Part shown: positions 56,078-64,000 of the stretch, one piece after another
Layout of the letters: each line of letters opens with the position of its first letter
Position numbering within the stretch: the first letter of the stretch is position 1
Source of the DNA: Gemmatimonadota bacterium
GTDB taxonomy: Bacteria; Gemmatimonadota; Gemmatimonadetes; Gemmatimonadales; GWC2-71-9
NCBI GenBank assembly: GCA_039589275.1
Contig: JBDHHP010000029.1
Span: forward strand, 1,109-65,108
Reading direction: 5' to 3'
DNA length: 64,000 nucleotides
The notes under the pieces: model-generated
Database searches by the model: none
The model's input: only the letters and a program-made list of their open reading frames with translations
Told to the model about the DNA's origin: nothing
Translations under genes and position numbers: made by a program

Positions 56078-57268
56078 ATGCAAGTCGAGTTCGCGAAGAT
56101 AGAGGGAAGGTCGGTGGGTTTCTATATGGCGGCTGCCGTGCTAGCTGTATTCGGCATTGCCGGCGTCTACTCCACGTACCTCATGAGCGTGCACGGGCTG
56201 TATCTGTCGGGGATGACGAACCGCGTGCCATGGGGACTGCAGATCTCGATGGCCATCTTCTACATTGGTCTGTCGGCTGGTTCCCTGGTGGTTTCGGGTC
56301 TATATGGCATCTTCGGCAAGGTAGAGTACAAGCCGTTTGCCCGAATTGCCGCGTATCTCGCGATGCTGTTCTTGATCGCCGGACTGCTGTCCATTCTGAC
56401 TGACCAAGGCAGAATCGACAGGGTGTTCGTCAAGCCATTCACCTACTTCAACTTCTCGTCGATGTTCTCGATCAACCCGTCGCTGTACTCGGGTCACGTG
56501 TTGATCTGCATCATCTACCTGTGGGCCCTGTTCAGGGAAAAAGGCACGCTCACCAAGATCGCGTCCTTCACGGTGTGCTTGTGGGCAATAGGAACCCACA
56601 CCGGCACAGGCGCCATCTTCGCGTTCGTACCGCGCGAGCTGTACAACTCCGCCCTACTTCCACCCAGCTTTGTTGCGGCCGCACTCTCATCCGGAGCCGC
56701 CCTGATGATACTCGTCAAGGTTGGGCTGTTCCGCGGTACAGGGCGTCACATGGACGACAAGTTGGTGATATGGCTTGGAAGGCCTCTGCTTGCAGTCTTC
56801 CTGGTTTGCACCCTATACGTGCTACTGATCGAGAACCTGCATCGCTTCTACCTCGCCGAGTCCCATGAAGCAGGCATGTTCTTCCTGTTTGGTGGCCTTC
56901 ACAGCGCTATGTTCTGGTTCGGTCTGATAATATTCGGCTGCGTAATCCCGGCAATACTGCTCTTCGTCAAGCGAACCGGGACCTCGGTGCCGTGGATAGT
57001 CTTCGCGTCTACGCTCGTAGTGGTTGGAGTGCTGTTCGAGCGATTCCTCATCGTGATACCGGGTCTGATCCACCCACCAGAGCTCTTCCCGGGATGGGAG
57101 ATCACTGGAACGGTACTGTGGGAGGGAATAGTGGACTACTCGATCAGTTTCTACGAAATACTCCAGGCTCTGGGAGTACTCGGCATAGTCGGGTTTGCGT
57201 TCCTGATGGGACTCAAGTTCCTGCCCCTGGCTCCGACTAAAGCGGTGGCGCTACCGACAGCGGCGTAG
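56078..57268 (+). CDS. DsrP/NrfD/PsrC-like polytopic quinone-interacting membrane subunit
   Basis: 396 aa with ~10 helices. The NrfD-type N-terminal region reads TNRVPWGLQISMAIFYIGLSAG. A GTGAGG ribosome-binding site is present. Confidence 0.85.
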   Translation: MQVEFAKIEGRSVGFYMAAAVLAVFGIAGVYSTYLMSVHGLYLSGMTNRVPWGLQISMAIFYIGLSAGSLVVSGLYGIFGKVEYKPFARIAAYLAMLFLIAGLLSILTDQGRIDRVFVKPFTYFNFSSMFSINPSLYSGHVLICIIYLWALFREKGTLTKIASFTVCLWAIGTHTGTGAIFAFVPRELYNSALLPPSFVAAALSSGAALMILVKVGLFRGTGRHMDDKLVIWLGRPLLAVFLVCTLYVLLIENLHRFYLAESHEAGMFFLFGGLHSAMFWFGLIIFGCVIPAILLFVKRTGTSVPWIVFASTLVVVGVLFERFLIVIPGLIHPPELFPGWEITGTVLWEGIVDYSISFYEILQALGVLGIVGFAFLMGLKFLPLAPTKAVALPTAA

Positions 57269-57348
57269 CAGGTATTCTCAAGATGGTCGGTCGCGTTGGC
57301 AGTCAAGTGCTGCTGCCGCCGCCGTCTTCGACCGCCCTGGTCCGTCTT

Positions 57349-58329
57349 TCACCGCCCCTCGACCACTAACGTCCCCCGCTCATACATGTGATAGTCACTG
57401 CACCAGATCCCACAGTTAAACAGATACTCACCGGCCACGTCGGGAGTAAACGTCACCTCCCGCACATCACCGGGCTTGATTGGACCAGTGTCCAGATCGA
57501 ACGTCGGCAGGTAGGGGCTATGGGTCACCACGTCGACGTTCCGTATCACGATAGTCACGGGCTTTCCCTGCTCGCTGTTGTGTCGGTACCAACACCAAAG
57601 GCTGGACGATCGATATGGATTTCATGGCAAACGCTTCCATCTGCGCGCCGTCCCACACGGCGAAGGAAATCAGGGATGTACTCCCCAGCGAGAGTTCCCA
57701 CCCTCTTGTTGGTTCGACAGAGATCGCTTGAAGACGACACGCCACTTGCCGTCTCGATAATCTCCCTTACCCATGACGGTCTGATCGGGCAGGGGTGTCT
57801 GAGTTCCTGGACCCACCGTGATCAACTCCAGCACGGCATGCAGTGAATCAACGCCGTTCACATACTGCTCGGTGTCCCTGTCGGCCAACCAATGCCACAG
57901 GTTGCCAGTGGCATCCTGCCCCATCATCTGCGCTGCGGGGGGTGAATCCTCCGGGCCCAGAAACACCGCACAGGCATCGGGTGTCGACGATGTATCCCGA
58001 TTCTCTGTTTCGTCCTCAAACTCGACCAGTAGCGAGACATCGACATCGTTGAACGCGCCTCGTACCAGGATGTCCCGCTCCTCTCTGCCGTAGGGTAACC
58101 TGGCGTTCTGAGGCCAAAGATGGATCTGCATAGGCTCGATGGTGGTCCAGAACTCAGCGAAGGGGTCTATTGGCAGGGTGGAGCTTGTGTATCCGACAAC
58201 CAGAGGTTCTGGTTTAGTTACTCCCACTAGCTGGTCGCGGGTAACGCTGTAGACCACCAAGAAGTACCCTACACCCAGGAGCAGCAGCGTAACCGAGAAC
58301 GTCAAGACGGCCTTGGTGGAGCCTCTCAT
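57349..58329 (-). pseudogene. membrane-anchored EB_dh/DOMON-like haem-binding domain fused to a cupredoxin-like domain, interrupted by two compensating frameshifts
   Basis: ORF 57670..58329 (TM helix, ...MMGQDATGNLWHW..., DGKWRVVFKRSL) ends at a TGA at 57670. The conserved continuation LISFAVWDGAQME is in another frame (ORF 57518..57745). The cupredoxin-like end GKPVTIVIRNVDVVTHS...GEYLFNCGIWCSDYHM...TLVV (ORF 57349..57558) is back in the first frame. The span is 981 nt, which is 327 codons. The shifts map near 57694-57705 (GGGTGGG) and 57559-57568 (GGGAAAGCCC). Confidence 0.6.
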
Positions 58330-58577
58330 GTTCTATCCTCGAGGCGGAAAATCCTCCCAGCGACGCGCACCCCACGTTTGCTGAGCGGCGGCCGGACTCC
58401 AAGCCTCGGCATGCTTGTGGAGCCAGAAGGCAATCTACAGAACTGTGGTCTTACGGTCCCATTCGAATTCGAAAGGTACGCAGCCACAGACGGCCTGACC
58501 AGCAGCCGGCGCATGGTTTGGAAACAAACGTTCGGTCTGCCACGTATACAATTGAGACACCAACCATTGGGTGGCCC

Positions 58578-60968
58578 GTGGAATCCCTCGTTAACGACAT
58601 CCGCTACGCCCTGCGTACCATCCGCAGGAGTCCTGGCCTGATTGCGGTGGCCGTGTTGTCCTTATCCTTGGGCATTGGGGCCAACACAGCCGTGTTCTCG
58701 GCCGTCGACGTGTTCATGCTCCGTCCCCTCCCCTATCCGGAGGCGGACCGTCTAGTCCACGTCTATAGCACGGTTCCGGAGCGCGGCTGGAACTACAGTT
58801 CCGTGTCCATCCCCGACTATCTCGATCTCCGCGAGCAAAGCACTACGGTAGATCTAGCGACCAGCTATGGGCGGGACTTCAATGTCTCCGGCCCAGGAGA
58901 GCGGCCTGAACGGATCAATGGAGAGCGAGCCTCCTGGAATTACTTTCGCATACTCCAGATTCAACCAATACTGGGCCGCACGTTTGCTCCAGACGAGGAG
59001 CGCGACGGCCAGCATTTCGTTGCGATCCTGAGCAACGAACTCTGGCAGCGCAGATTCGGCGCCGATCCGTCCATCTTGGGCCAGTCATTGTTGCTTGATG
59101 GAGAGTCCTACACTGTCATCGGAGTCCTGCCGGCCAAGTTCCGCTTTTATGAGAGCAGGACCGACGTATGGACACCTATTCCGATGACGGGCGAGGAAAG
59201 TCGCGGTAGCCACTTCTTGGGACCAGTGGGCCGGCTGCGTCCCGGAGCGACCATCGAGCAGGCCAATGCGGAGATGGCAGCCATTGCCGGCCGATTGGCG
59301 GGGCAGTACCCAGAGTCCAATGAGGGATGGAGCGCGGGCGCTCGAGATCTGCACCAGCGCATCTTCTCGATCGAGTTCAGGATGGGCACGCTGATCGGCT
59401 CGGTTGCCGTCGCTTTCGTCTTGCTGATAGCCTGCGCAAACGTGGCCAATCTCATGCTCACGAGAGTCTCCGGCCGCGGACGGGAGATCGCCGTGCGGGG
59501 AGCGCTTGGCGCCGGTCGGGCTCGCATCGTGCGTCAGCTACTCACCGAATCGATGGTCGTCTCGTTCTTGGGGGGTACGCTCGGGGTGGTTCTTTCGATC
59601 GCTGGAATCCGCGGGTTGGTTTCAGTAATGCCGGCCTGGTTTCCGCGAGTCGAAGACATCGCGTTGGACGGCAGAGTATTGCTGTTCGCCTTGGTGATAA
59701 CGGTGATCACCGGGATCCTGTTCGGAGCTGCTCCAGCCCTACAGAGTTCGCGGCCCAACATCACTGACGCCCTGAAGGAAGGTGGCCGTGGCCACGTGGG
59801 CGCCAAAGGCGATAGGCTGCGGAAGACGCTCGTCATAGCTGAAGTTGCTCTTTCTCTTGCTCTTCTCGTGGCGTCAGCTCTGCTGGTCAAGGGCTTTTTG
59901 AGACTGCAAACGGCAGATTTCGGTTGGGTCACCGAAAACCTGCTGACGTTCGAGGTCGCTCTTCCCGCGACTGAGTATGAAACCGACGAGTCGGTGGACC
60001 GGTTCTACCGAGAACTGATGCCGCGCTTGGCGGCGATACCTGGAGTCGAGTCGATTGGCGCTACGAACCTGCTGCCCATGGAAGGGAATTCGAACACGTT
60101 CTTTCAGATCATCGGACGTGAGGTTGACGACCTGCAGCAGCGTCCCCTCACCGAGTTCCGCCGTGTATCTCCTGACTACCACCAAACGATGGGAACGTCC
60201 TTGCTACGTGGCCGCGGCTTTGGCACGGACGACCGGTCAGATACGCACCCTGTCGTTCTAATCAACGAGTCATTGGCCGAGCAGTACTTCCCTGGTGAGG
60301 ATCCCATCGGCAAGCAGATAGAACTCTGGACTGGGACACATGAGATAGTGGGGGTGGTACAGAACACGCTAGACGTGGATCAGTATCCGCAGCCAATGAG
60401 CTTCGTGTCGTCATTTCAGTTTCCTACACGCAACATGAGCGTGGTTGCCCGGACTTCCGGTCGCCCAACCGCGATAACCGATGCCGCGAGATCCGCTGTG
60501 GTTGGACTTGACCCCGACCTGCCCATCTACGCGGTGCGGACACTTCAGAGTCACATTGACGAGGAGCAAGGTGGCAGCACCATAATGGCCAAGATCATGG
60601 GTGCGGTTGCCGTGATCGCTCTGTTCCTCGCCGTGATTGGAGTGTACGGCGTGATGGCTTATTCGGTGTCCCAACGGACCCAAGAGGTAGGTATCCGGAT
60701 GGCGCTTGGTGCGCAGCGCGGCAGCGTGCTCGGCATGATCTTGAGGCAGGGGGCCGGGCTCGCCCTCATCGGTGTGGTGATCGGAATCGGAATCGCGGCC
60801 TTGGTGAGCCGCAGCCTATCGATCTTTTTGTTTGGTGTGAATCCGTTTGACCCCGTGACGTTTGCCGGGGTGTCGATCACTCTGCTGTCCGCCGGAGTGG
60901 CGGCGACGTACCTACCCGCGCTGCGGGCGACCAAGGTTGATCCGCTGGAGGCCCTACGTAACGAGTGA
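58578..60968 (+). CDS. ADOP-type duplicated FtsX/MacB-like permease
   Basis: From ORF 58518..60968 (TTG). The in-frame GTG at 58578 gives the family-typical start (M)ESLVNDIRYALRTIRRSPG...LSLGIGANTAVFS..D....RPLPYPEADRLV. Two FtsX-type 4-helix modules are present. Confidence 0.8.
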   Translation: MESLVNDIRYALRTIRRSPGLIAVAVLSLSLGIGANTAVFSAVDVFMLRPLPYPEADRLVHVYSTVPERGWNYSSVSIPDYLDLREQSTTVDLATSYGRDFNVSGPGERPERINGERASWNYFRILQIQPILGRTFAPDEERDGQHFVAILSNELWQRRFGADPSILGQSLLLDGESYTVIGVLPAKFRFYESRTDVWTPIPMTGEESRGSHFLGPVGRLRPGATIEQANAEMAAIAGRLAGQYPESNEGWSAGARDLHQRIFSIEFRMGTLIGSVAVAFVLLIACANVANLMLTRVSGRGREIAVRGALGAGRARIVRQLLTESMVVSFLGGTLGVVLSIAGIRGLVSVMPAWFPRVEDIALDGRVLLFALVITVITGILFGAAPALQSSRPNITDALKEGGRGHVGAKGDRLRKTLVIAEVALSLALLVASALLVKGFLRLQTADFGWVTENLLTFEVALPATEYETDESVDRFYRELMPRLAAIPGVESIGATNLLPMEGNSNTFFQIIGREVDDLQQRPLTEFRRVSPDYHQTMGTSLLRGRGFGTDDRSDTHPVVLINESLAEQYFPGEDPIGKQIELWTGTHEIVGVVQNTLDVDQYPQPMSFVSSFQFPTRNMSVVARTSGRPTAITDAARSAVVGLDPDLPIYAVRTLQSHIDEEQGGSTIMAKIMGAVAVIALFLAVIGVYGVMAYSVSQRTQEVGIRMALGAQRGSVLGMILRQGAGLALIGVVIGIGIAALVSRSLSIFLFGVNPFDPVTFAGVSITLLSAGVAATYLPALRATKVDPLEALRNE

Positions 60969-61131
60969 CGGGGGTTTGCGCGCAACCATTTGCCACCGGC
61001 CTCTCACGACGATACCCTTAGGCGTTTCGCATTTCGGATGCGCACGCTGAGAGCGCGTCATTCAGGCTACCCAGCGTAGGCGCGCACAAGGTGCCCGTCC
61101 CACTCCAAGGACCGTCTTACGGAGGAAACTG

Positions 61132-62673
61132 ATGAGAACTCGCTTCGTTCTCTCGACTCTACTTCTATTCGTCTTTGCCATCTGCTCCGTTCCCGCCTTT
61201 GCACAACAAGCACAACCCGCACAGCAGTCCAATGCCGGTAAGGCGGGCAAGGAGGCGGAGTTACTGCCGGATGAACCGGTCGTTACTCAGCACAGCGCAC
61301 GCATCAACGGTCAAGCGGTGGACTACACGGCCGAGGCTGGTTGGCTCCCCATTCGGGAAGATGGCAAGGTCACTGCCCGGATGTTCTACATCGCGTACAT
61401 CCGCGATGGGATCGAAGACAAGAGCACGCGCCCGCTCATCTTCTCTTTCAACGGTGGCCCCGGTACAGCATCAGTGTGGATGCATATGGGGTATACCGGC
61501 CCGCGTCGCGTCGTCTACGACGATGACGGTTTTGCACTCAGGCCACCGGGTAACGTCGAGGACAATCCGCACTCGATCTTGGATGCGGCCGACATCGTTT
61601 ACATCGACCCCATCGCCACCGGTTTCAGTCGGATGGTAGAGGGTGAGGCCCTACACAAGTACCATGGTACGCTGTCGGACATTCAGTCTGTGGCCGAGTT
61701 CATTCGCTTGTACATACTGCGAAAAGACAGATGGATGTCGCCCAAGTTCCTGATCGGCGAGAGCTACGGCACTACTCGGGCTTCGGGGCTAGCCGGCCAC
61801 TTGCTCCGGTCGCACAGGATCTACCTGAACGGAGTGATTTTGGTCTCAATGACAGGACTCGATGTGAATGCGGGTGTAGACGTCTCCTTCGCTACGTCGC
61901 TTCCCCATCTTGCAGCCACGGCTTGGTATCACGGCCAGCTTGCCGACAGCTACCAGTCGCGCGACATCCGCAGCTTCTTGGATGAGGTTGAGTCGTTCTC
62001 CATGGGAACTTACCTCATGGCCCTGGTAAAGGGTGACCAGCTGGAAGACACCGAGCGACAGGAAATCGCGCGCCGGGTGGCAGGGTACACCGGCCTCACG
62101 TCCGAGTATGTGGTCTCAACCAACCTTCGCATCAACTCGCGCCGCTTCTGGAAAGAGCTGTTACGCGACCAGCGACTCACAGTGGGACGCCTCGACAGCC
62201 GCTACCTTGGAGTTGACCTAGATGCAGCCGGTGAGAATCCCGAGTACGACCCGGCGATGGCGGACTGGAACGGCCCGTTCAGTGACGCAGTAAACCGCTA
62301 CATCCGTGAAGAACTGGACTATGGCCCCGACCTCGAGTACAACGTCTGGGGCAATGTTCGGCCTTGGCAGCGAGATCAGTCCGCCAATGTCAGCGAGATG
62401 TTGCGGGGCGCCATGCGGGACAACCCCTACCTGAAGGTCCTTATTCAAGGCGGCTATTATGACGCCGCGACGGACTACTACAGCGCCGTGTATACGATCT
62501 CACATATACAGCCCGGCGGTGAGTACCGCGACCGGTTCCGCTTTGCGTGGTACGAGAGCGGACACATGATGTACCTGCGGAAGCCCGATCTGGCCAATGC
62601 CAACAACGATCTGCGGGACTTCATTCGCTGGAGTCTCGAGGAACTGCCAGATTATCCGAGAAAGGCCCAGTGA
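61132..62673 (+). CDS. S10 family serine carboxypeptidase, secreted
   Basis: A GGAGGAA ribosome-binding site and a signal ...SVPAFAQQ. Contains FNGGPG.AS.W and the catalytic GESYG (FLIGESYGT). Confidence 0.85.
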   Translation: MRTRFVLSTLLLFVFAICSVPAFAQQAQPAQQSNAGKAGKEAELLPDEPVVTQHSARINGQAVDYTAEAGWLPIREDGKVTARMFYIAYIRDGIEDKSTRPLIFSFNGGPGTASVWMHMGYTGPRRVVYDDDGFALRPPGNVEDNPHSILDAADIVYIDPIATGFSRMVEGEALHKYHGTLSDIQSVAEFIRLYILRKDRWMSPKFLIGESYGTTRASGLAGHLLRSHRIYLNGVILVSMTGLDVNAGVDVSFATSLPHLAATAWYHGQLADSYQSRDIRSFLDEVESFSMGTYLMALVKGDQLEDTERQEIARRVAGYTGLTSEYVVSTNLRINSRRFWKELLRDQRLTVGRLDSRYLGVDLDAAGENPEYDPAMADWNGPFSDAVNRYIREELDYGPDLEYNVWGNVRPWQRDQSANVSEMLRGAMRDNPYLKVLIQGGYYDAATDYYSAVYTISHIQPGGEYRDRFRFAWYESGHMMYLRKPDLANANNDLRDFIRWSLEELPDYPRKAQ

Positions 62674-62679
62674 CACAAC

Positions 62680-62711
62680 GGCGCCCGGCTCACAGCCGGG
62701 CGCCTTGGTTT
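62680..62711 (+). terminator. intrinsic terminator
   Basis: GGCGCCCGGCT cac AGCCGGGCGCC, followed by TTGGTTT. It starts 7 nt after the S10 stop and lies between convergent genes. Confidence 0.6.
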
Positions 62712-62759
62712 CGTGCCGCGGTCGGCCGGACTGCTATTCCGAAGCCCGGCCGCCGATCC

Positions 62760-64000
62760 TCACGTCGTCGGTCTGCTTTGGGCCTGGAACTCGTATTCCC
62801 TGGGAGGCTCCGCGCCCATGAGATGACGCACAAAATAGTCCCAACGACGGCGCATCATGTAGGGCTCGTTGCCGAACCCATGACCTCGGTTGGGAAACAG
62901 GACGAGATCGAAGTCCTTATTGGCCGCTATCAGTTCGTTCACCACCAGCAGTGTGTTGTAGTAAGGTACGTTAGCATCCATTGTCCCATGGGCGATGAGC
63001 AGTTTTCCCTTGAGGTTGCCGGCAAGCAGTTGGTTAGCCTGGTTATCGTAGTTGGTCGACCCATCAGGATAGGTCTCCAGCAACCCCTGCCACTTCTCTC
63101 CCCAATCGTCTTCATAGTTGCGGTTGTCATGGTTACCCGCCTGCGAGACAGCGACCTTGTAGAAGTCCGGATACCGCATAATCGCGTCGGCCGCAGCAAA
63201 ACCGCCGCCGGAGTGGCCGTAGACTCCTACCCGATCGATGTCCATCCAGCCGTGGCGCTGCGCCAGCTGTTCGATTCCTGCAATCTGATCCGGCAGGCCG
63301 TTGTCACCCATGTTGCCGTAGTATGCGTCGTGAAAGGACTTGGAGCGCATCGGCGTGCCCATCGCGTCGAGTTCCACCACAATGAAGCCCAGCTCCGCGA
63401 TGGCACCCTTATCCCGCCTGGACGCGCTGAAGCTGCGGCTTCCGACACTCCCCGTTTGAGGTCCCGGGTATATGTAGTTGATGACCGGGTACTTCCGAGT
63501 CGGGTCTAACTCGGTCGGCCGGTACATCAGTCCGTAGAGATCCGTTTCTCCATCTCTCGCTTTGACTCTGAACGGAATCGGTGGCTTCCAACCCGCGGCG
63601 ACGAGCCGCGTGATATCGGTCCTCTCGAGATCCAAAACCCTACGTCCTCTTCTGTCCCGCAGCACGCTTACTGTTGGAATGGTGGGAGTGGAGTAGCTGT
63701 CCACGAAGTAGCGACCAGACGGCGACAGGGTGACCTCGTGATTCGCGCTGTCCGGAGTGAGCAGTGTGAGATCTCTCCCGTCAATCCCCACCCGGTAGAG
63801 GTATTGGAAGTACGGGTCACCGGGTTCTCGCCCTGCTCCCAGGAAATAGAGTTGTCGCTCGTCCCGGTCAATTCGCAATAGCTGAAGCACGTTCCAAGCA
63901 CCATCGGTGATCTGACTCTCGAGTTCCCCGGTACGCAGATCGTACAGATAAAGGTGACCCCAGTCGTCTCGCTGTGAAAACCAGATTACCTCGTTCGATT
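62760..64000 (-). CDS. S9 family peptidase (DPP IV / prolyl oligopeptidase-like), N-terminus beyond the window
   Basis: ORF 62760..63890 starts at an internal GTG. The same frame stays open and homologous to the window edge (...WFSQRDDWGHLYLYDLRTGE...). The catalytic GHSGGG is present (GVYGHSGGGF). Confidence 0.85.
   Translation of the reverse strand, partial: SNEVIWFSQRDDWGHLYLYDLRTGELESQITDGAWNVLQLLRIDRDERQLYFLGAGREPGDPYFQYLYRVGIDGRDLTLLTPDSANHEVTLSPSGRYFVDSYSTPTIPTVSVLRDRRGRRVLDLERTDITRLVAAGWKPPIPFRVKARDGETDLYGLMYRPTELDPTRKYPVINYIYPGPQTGSVGSRSFSASRRDKGAIAELGFIVVELDAMGTPMRSKSFHDAYYGNMGDNGLPDQIAGIEQLAQRHGWMDIDRVGVYGHSGGGFAAADAIMRYPDFYKVAVSQAGNHDNRNYEDDWGEKWQGLLETYPDGSTNYDNQANQLLAGNLKGKLLIAHGTMDANVPYYNTLLVVNELIAANKDFDLVLFPNRGHGFGNEPYMMRRRWDYFVRHLMGAEPPREYEFQAQSRPTT

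Noticed and set aside
49941-57268. A canonical dissimilatory sulfate-reduction or sulfur-oxidation locus.
   Set aside because: No aprBA, sat, dsrAB, dsrC or dsrMK is present in the 64 kb. Only the Qmo and J/O/P electron-transfer modules are there, so the physiological role cannot be assigned to APS or sulfite chemistry from this window.
57555-57740. A third-frame 61-aa ORF, and treating 57518..57745 as an independent small gene.
   Set aside because: Both overlap the EB_dh-cupredoxin locus. The 57518..57745 frame is explained as the out-of-frame middle patch of that gene, and the 57555..57740 frame has no motif.

Overview
This is a GC-rich (roughly 60% by spot counts) bacterial chromosomal segment with about 50 genes. 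I found no rRNA gene, no complete tRNA gene, no CRISPR array, and no integrase, transposase or phage gene. All family calls come from reading motifs in the supplied translations; no database search was possible.

Content from left to right:
- a two-gene BcrAD/BadFG-type activase system
- secreted peptidases (M24, two M14 paralogs, M20, S10, S9)
- a REC response regulator with a Cys-rich tail, next to an HExxH protein
- a co-directional block: eda, kdgK, a transketolase-like gene, a TIGR04076-like tandem protein, a ferredoxin and a tungsten-type aldehyde:ferredoxin oxidoreductase
- an exported DUF1080 / Gfo-Idh-MocA / TIM-barrel isomerase set
- a sugar-acid locus (uxaA, SDR, iolB-like, manD, TRAP dctPQM)
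- a large BNR/sortilin-like protein
- a two-component system whose sensor carries c-type haem motifs
- an ADOP-type permease

The most interesting observations:
1. A tightly coupled six-gene operon joins qmoABC to a dsrJOP-type triheme / FeS / NrfD module. No aprBA, sat or dsrMK is present in the window. The operon sits in a stretch of lower GC.
2. At least six genes carry internal deletions or frameshifts: PEBP, one M14 copy, uxaA, SDR, and an EB_dh-cupredoxin fusion with two compensating shifts.
3. A perfect-period 7-bp x 11 tandem repeat lies between kdgK and the transketolase-like gene.
4. An intergenic region is dense with hairpins and contains an isolated tRNA T-arm/acceptor-like fragment.
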